NCBI GenBank assembly: GCA_965602015.1
Contig: OZ271918.1
Location: 3,584,001 to 3,648,000, forward strand
From: Salinispira sp.
Lineage (GTDB): Bacteria > Spirochaetota > Spirochaetia > DSM-27196 > Salinispiraceae
DNA length: 64,000 nt
Direction of reading: 5' to 3'
This document shows positions 60,257-64,000 of this stretch, piece by piece. The position numbers and the translations under genes were made by a program. The first letter of the stretch is position 1, and each line of letters starts with the position of its first letter. The notes beneath the pieces were generated by a model, which searched no databases, was not told the origin of the DNA, and was given only the letters and a program-made list of their open reading frames with translations.

Positions 60257-61243
60257 TCAGGCTGCCAATAGCGGAAAGTTTTCCGGTTTTTCATCCTCCG
60301 CTGCTCCTGAGAGCAGGGAGGCATTGGGGATGAGAAGTGTCTTCACCAGGTGTTCAGCCAAGGTCTGGATAGCAAGGGGAAGAACCGAATTTCCGAGCCT
60401 GGCATGGATGGCCGAGTCAGAACCGATGAACTTGAACTCAGGCGGGAAGGTGCTCAAGATTCGCAGCTCTTCGATGGTGGGTTTGCGGGGTATCCCGTTC
60501 TGGAAAACCTGCAAACCCTGGCTCTTGGTTATGGTTGGACAGGGTTTTGAGCCTGGAATGATAGCTTTTGAAAACTGACCCAACTTCGTAGCTTCAAGCC
60601 ACGGGCAGGCATCAGTGAGGGAGACTACCTTATCGACAGGTTTGGGTATGGTGATCTCTCCCACAAGATCAGCCCGCTTACCGAGAATCCAGAGGCGGGG
60701 CCTGAGTTGTGGCGCTCCATAATCTGAAGCGTTCAGCTTGAAGACTTTCAATTCATACCCAGTAGCTCGAAGTGCCTGGACCATATCGTAGAGGGCAGAT
60801 TTCATTATGCCTTGGGAAAGTCCGACCACGTTCTCTCCCATAACCAGAGCCGGTTTTACTGCTTCAATATGACGGAGGCTTTCATAGAAGAAGTCGTTCT
60901 TCTCGTCCTCCAAGGACCGCTTGGTGTTGGCCATGGAAAACGACTGGCAGGGGAAGGACGTTTGGAAGATGCTGAGTTGGCCAGTTTGCAGCTTGATGGT
61001 GTCGAGTACTTCCTGAGTAGATACATCCCTGATGTCCTTGTTCAGAATCTGCCCTCGTTCATACAGGTCGGGAAAGTTGGCTACCAGATGCTGGTATGCA
61101 TTTTGCTTCTTATCGAAGGGGTCATACTCAAGGGCCATGACGCAGCGAGGATTCACTCCGGGTACTAAGATTTGAGAGAGGCCAAGCGAAGAACCTCCGA
61201 GGCCTGAAAATTCAGTCAGGTATGTAAGGTCGATATTTTCCAT
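60257..61243 (-). CDS. Orphan DNA cytosine-C5 methyltransferase
   Basis: EFSGLGG, SFPCQSFS, GENVVG, PQLRPR, ELRILSTFP, RLGNSV. Confidence 0.93.
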   Translation of the reverse strand: MENIDLTYLTEFSGLGGSSLGLSQILVPGVNPRCVMALEYDPFDKKQNAYQHLVANFPDLYERGQILNKDIRDVSTQEVLDTIKLQTGQLSIFQTSFPCQSFSMANTKRSLEDEKNDFFYESLRHIEAVKPALVMGENVVGLSQGIMKSALYDMVQALRATGYELKVFKLNASDYGAPQLRPRLWILGKRADLVGEITIPKPVDKVVSLTDACPWLEATKLGQFSKAIIPGSKPCPTITKSQGLQVFQNGIPRKPTIEELRILSTFPPEFKFIGSDSAIHARLGNSVLPLAIQTLAEHLVKTLLIPNASLLSGAAEDEKPENFPLLAA

Positions 61244-61428
61244 AACACACTCCTTTCAATTGGTTTCAGGTATATGAACGAAACTTCTCTCTTCCCCGCT
61301 TGGGAGAAAGCAAGCCATCTCGTTCCTGACGGTTGTATGAACGAAAAAAAGGAGCTCTTCTCAAAAAAGTTTTTACAAATATGAAGCAGGAAGCATTTTC
61401 TTCTGGTGTATAGGGTGGAGGTACTGCA

Positions 61429-61599
61429 ATGACAAAGCACGAAATCTATCTGGAGGTGGTTGATATTATGATTATCAATCTGGGGTGGGATGAGGTATCG
61501 GTACCTGAATTTGGAGAGGTGGTAATCGACATTTATCAGCTGTTGAGAACAGAGGACTGGACCGAACTGACGAGGTTCATCCCAGAGGTGTTCAATTGA
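61429..61599 (+). CDS. 56-aa acidic small protein (below ORF-track cutoff)
   Basis: GGAGGT RBS; MTKHEIYLEVVDIMIINLGWDEVSVPEFGEVVIDIYQLLRTEDWTELTRFIPEVFN. Confidence 0.6.
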   Translation: MTKHEIYLEVVDIMIINLGWDEVSVPEFGEVVIDIYQLLRTEDWTELTRFIPEVFN

Positions 61600-61875
61600 G
61601 GGAAGGTGTTATTTCATACCCGGAAGGATAACGAATTCCCCTCGGATGAACCTCGGCTGACTGGGATGGATATAGGATGTAGTCTCAGATGTTAAATCGC
61701 TCCATCTGGAAGGTGTGAATTTACACATTCAAACCTGAAATTCACAATAAGCTCCAGGTTCTTCCCGGTCGCATCCGCTTAGCCAGAGGGATATGCAGAT
61801 GCTCCTCTTTGACACGAATTCATCTGGGTTGAACCTCGGAGACCTGGGATGGATTGGGAGACGATGCCAGATATA

Positions 61876-61901
61876 AAAAATGCCTCCCAGTTAGGGAGGC
61901 A
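61876..61901 (-). terminator. Intrinsic terminator
   Basis: TGCCTCCC...GGGAGGCA stem with U-run on the minus strand. Confidence 0.75.
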
Positions 61902-61907
61902 GATGAT

Positions 61908-62366
61908 TTACGCAGGAATGACAACCTCATAGATGATATTCTTAAACTCAGGGAAATCCAGTTGGACGATGGTGTTGCCATCATCATCCTTGAAGTGCCG
62001 TTTATAGTACATCGAATCGATGTCCACTTCAGCATTCTCAAGTTTCTTGAGAGCACGCTTTTCTCGCGCTTCCTCAAGCCACTCTTCATCACCGATTTCA
62101 TACCGGCGAAGCCAATTATCGGCAGTTCTTACCCGGTCCTCACCGAGGACCTGTTCAACCCAGGCTTTCCAGGTCTTGTTGTTGCCATGGGGTCGACCTC
62201 TCCTGCTCAGCTGGCGTTTTGCCTGATACATCTCTTCCAGTAGCTCACGGCTGACCTTGCGGTAGCTTCCAACCCAGATCCCCCGAACCTTGGCTACCGA
62301 AGTATCCCAATCCCATGAAGATTTCTCTTCATCCGTCAGCTGAGTGTTTACAGTGATATCACTCAT
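61908..62366 (-). CDS. Hypothetical protein, paralogue of 62437-62907
   Basis: AGGAGG RBS; W.WDTSV...ELLEEMYQAK...TW..WVE...RTADNWLRRY. Confidence 0.75.
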   Translation of the reverse strand: MSDITVNTQLTDEEKSSWDWDTSVAKVRGIWVGSYRKVSRELLEEMYQAKRQLSRRGRPHGNNKTWKAWVEQVLGEDRVRTADNWLRRYEIGDEEWLEEAREKRALKKLENAEVDIDSMYYKRHFKDDDGNTIVQLDFPEFKNIIYEVVIPA

Positions 62367-62436
62367 ACAACCTCCTGTAGGTTAAATAGAAATGTTTCGG
62401 TTTTCCCCTCCCCTCGTCGGGGGAGGGTGGTGAAAA

Positions 62437-62907
62437 TTAAGCTGCAGGGATGACAATCTCCCTGAACTTATCCAGCGGCGCTACATAGACCTTGAGACGA
62501 GTATCCTCGTTCTCGAGTTCCTGATGTTCCACATACCTGACGACTTTGGGGTCACGGATGATACGAAAAGTCACATGAGGAGGTTTGATATACCCTTCCT
62601 CGGTGTAGCGGCGAAGGTAGTTATCTACCGTTTTAAGACATGGACCTCCTACCTCTTCCAGGCTGACCTTTACAAATTCTGCCCAAGTGTGTTCACCTTT
62701 CTTGGCTCTTCCAGCGGATCTGGAAAAATTGTCTGTGAGCACCTTCTTGGCTAAGTACAGTTTCCGAAGTAACTCTTCGGAAAGATTTTTCCAGTTGAGG
62801 TAGAGTCCTCGCGCCGTTCTTACACTTGTCCAGAACTCCCAGTTGGGATCAAGTTTGGTTTTGATCTGCAACGCATCCGGCCGGATTTCCTGTAGTGCTT
62901 GTTCCAT
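62437..62907 (-). CDS. Hypothetical protein, paralogue of 61908-62366
   Basis: GGGAGG RBS before ATG 62907; WEFWTSV...ELLRKLYLAK...TW..FV...KTVDNYLRRY. Confidence 0.75.
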   Translation of the reverse strand: MEQALQEIRPDALQIKTKLDPNWEFWTSVRTARGLYLNWKNLSEELLRKLYLAKKVLTDNFSRSAGRAKKGEHTWAEFVKVSLEEVGGPCLKTVDNYLRRYTEEGYIKPPHVTFRIIRDPKVVRYVEHQELENEDTRLKVYVAPLDKFREIVIPAA

Positions 62908-63006
62908 AAGCACCTCCCTGATTCTTTGTGATAGATAGAACGATGGAACTCGGTGTGATCCCCAAAAAAAGGTGAAAAAAATCTTAACCGGATTTATACT
63001 CAAAAT

Positions 63007-63753
63007 ATGAGTAATGAACGACTAACGAAACTTATACCTGTAAAAACTGCTGTAGGATTGTGGGGGAAAACGAGCATCATTGTAGATGTTGGCAAAATCT
63101 GGAAGATTTTTGACAAGATTGCTAAGGGAACAGCTCTTAGCCCGGATGATATTGCTGAACTCTTTGATTTTTTTCTATCAATCGGGATTGTTGTGAATCG
63201 AAGCATTTATCCTGATAAGGCGGTTATTTATAATCCTAAAACCGGGACAATGACAAACGATCATCAAATCGATGAACTCATGCTTGCCATAGAATGCGTT
63301 TTCAAGTTTTATACTTCCGATCCGCAAATACGGGTCATTGATTATTTCCCTACTGAGCCGTCAGATGAATCAATGAAGCGGCGATTTTATGCTCACGTCC
63401 GGACAAAATTGAGGAACTGTTGGATAGATGTCCTCAGGAAAATGAAAAACGATTCATTGGATCGAATCTTGGAAAAACTAAATGAATCGTTCTCAGATGG
63501 TGAGGATGGTCTCAAGCGGAAACATGAGGTTGCACAGGAAGCAGGGTTGATGATTTCCGCCAAACCTGTCGGGGATGTATCAGAAAAATCAGATGAATTA
63601 GTGATCTACACTGAGATAGATTTTGAAACTGAAGAAATCTATAAGCTCTTCAATCAGAAATATCGGGAGATAAAAGATGGTCTTAAAAGTGAAATATATG
63701 CGCTTGAGAACAAGGGAAAACCTGGTGAGAAGTATTCGGGCCTAATTGGGTAG
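63007..63753 (+). CDS. Hypothetical protein with sigma-70 region 2-like segment
   Basis: FYAHVRTKLRNCWIDVLRK resembles sigma 2.3-2.4; TATACT 6 nt before ATG (leaderless). Confidence 0.55.
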   Translation: MSNERLTKLIPVKTAVGLWGKTSIIVDVGKIWKIFDKIAKGTALSPDDIAELFDFFLSIGIVVNRSIYPDKAVIYNPKTGTMTNDHQIDELMLAIECVFKFYTSDPQIRVIDYFPTEPSDESMKRRFYAHVRTKLRNCWIDVLRKMKNDSLDRILEKLNESFSDGEDGLKRKHEVAQEAGLMISAKPVGDVSEKSDELVIYTEIDFETEEIYKLFNQKYREIKDGLKSEIYALENKGKPGEKYSGLIG

Positions 63754-63774
63754 TATCCCTCAGTATTTCAATAT

Positions 63775-63801
63775 GCGCTCTCCAGTTGGAGGGCGTTTTT
63801 T
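63775..63801 (+). terminator. Intrinsic terminator
   Basis: CGCTCTCC-AGTT-GGAGGGCG followed by T6. Confidence 0.8.
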
Positions 63802-64000
63802 ATTTGTCCGGTCGTTCGGACAGGTTAAGCGGAAAGATTTCCATTATCCAGAAGTTGTCCAGACGTCTGGACACTTTTACTGCATGTGGGCTGGTATATC
63901 CGAATCAGTCATCTTCAACCATTCTTGGATGGTGGAGCGGTTCCAGCGCTTTTTGCCACAGACAAGTGCGTCAGCTTTACCAAAGCTTGGTTGATATTTG

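Larger units (their letters stand above)
16287..64000. mobile_element. Tandem genomic island array integrated at tRNA-Leu(CAG); right end outside window
   Basis: Repeated tRNA 3' halves with arm repeats, drop in GC, dense IS/TA/plasmid-like genes. Confidence 0.8.

Noticed and set aside
47470..61346. TTCGTTCATATA copies as integron or recombination sites for the tyrosine recombinase
   Set aside because: No dyad symmetry or attC cores; the position just before RBSs fits a promoter/operator better, though recombination is not formally excluded
46300..64000. Calling the backbone a prophage or a conjugative element
   Set aside because: No virion, terminase, relaxase or T4SS genes in the window; the class cannot be decided

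Overview
The window has two parts. Bases 1 to ~16.2 kb are GC-richer housekeeping chromosome, possibly from a free-living spirochaete (inference, not verifiable here). This part carries a split Mrp/Mnh Na+/H+ antiporter locus with a PTS-IIA gene, two degenerate LDH/MDH-like genes, a lone rnfD, an extracellular nuclease, a histidine kinase, ferritin, and an archaeal-type AspRS behind an apparent Asp-rich leader-peptide attenuator. From ~16.29 kb to the right edge is a more AT-rich tandem array of genomic islands. It is punctuated by displaced 3' halves of tRNA-Leu(CAG) and integrase arm-like repeats (16.3, 18.7, 27.75, 34.37 kb). The cargo is four toxin-antitoxin modules, several IS/transposons, a frameshifted C39-peptidase type I secretion system, an integron-cassette relic and a defence-like block (PIN-like protein, C5 methylase plus GIY-YIG, RES domain). 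From ~46 kb there is a plasmid/prophage-like backbone: tyrosine recombinase, ParA plus partner, and a lambdoid-style Rep with four 23-bp iterons. The most striking signal is in this backbone. Nine same-strand intergenic copies of TTCGTTCATATA precede small operons, eight proteins end in an ssrA-like Ala-Ala, a DNA-modification cluster is present (C5 MTase, MT-A70, aGPT-Pplase1/5-hmdU-kinase-like, DUF5131), and a sigma-region-2-like protein is encoded divergently. Together these suggest an element-encoded pulse-expression regulon for DNA modification or anti-defence. All family assignments are by eye; no database search was run.
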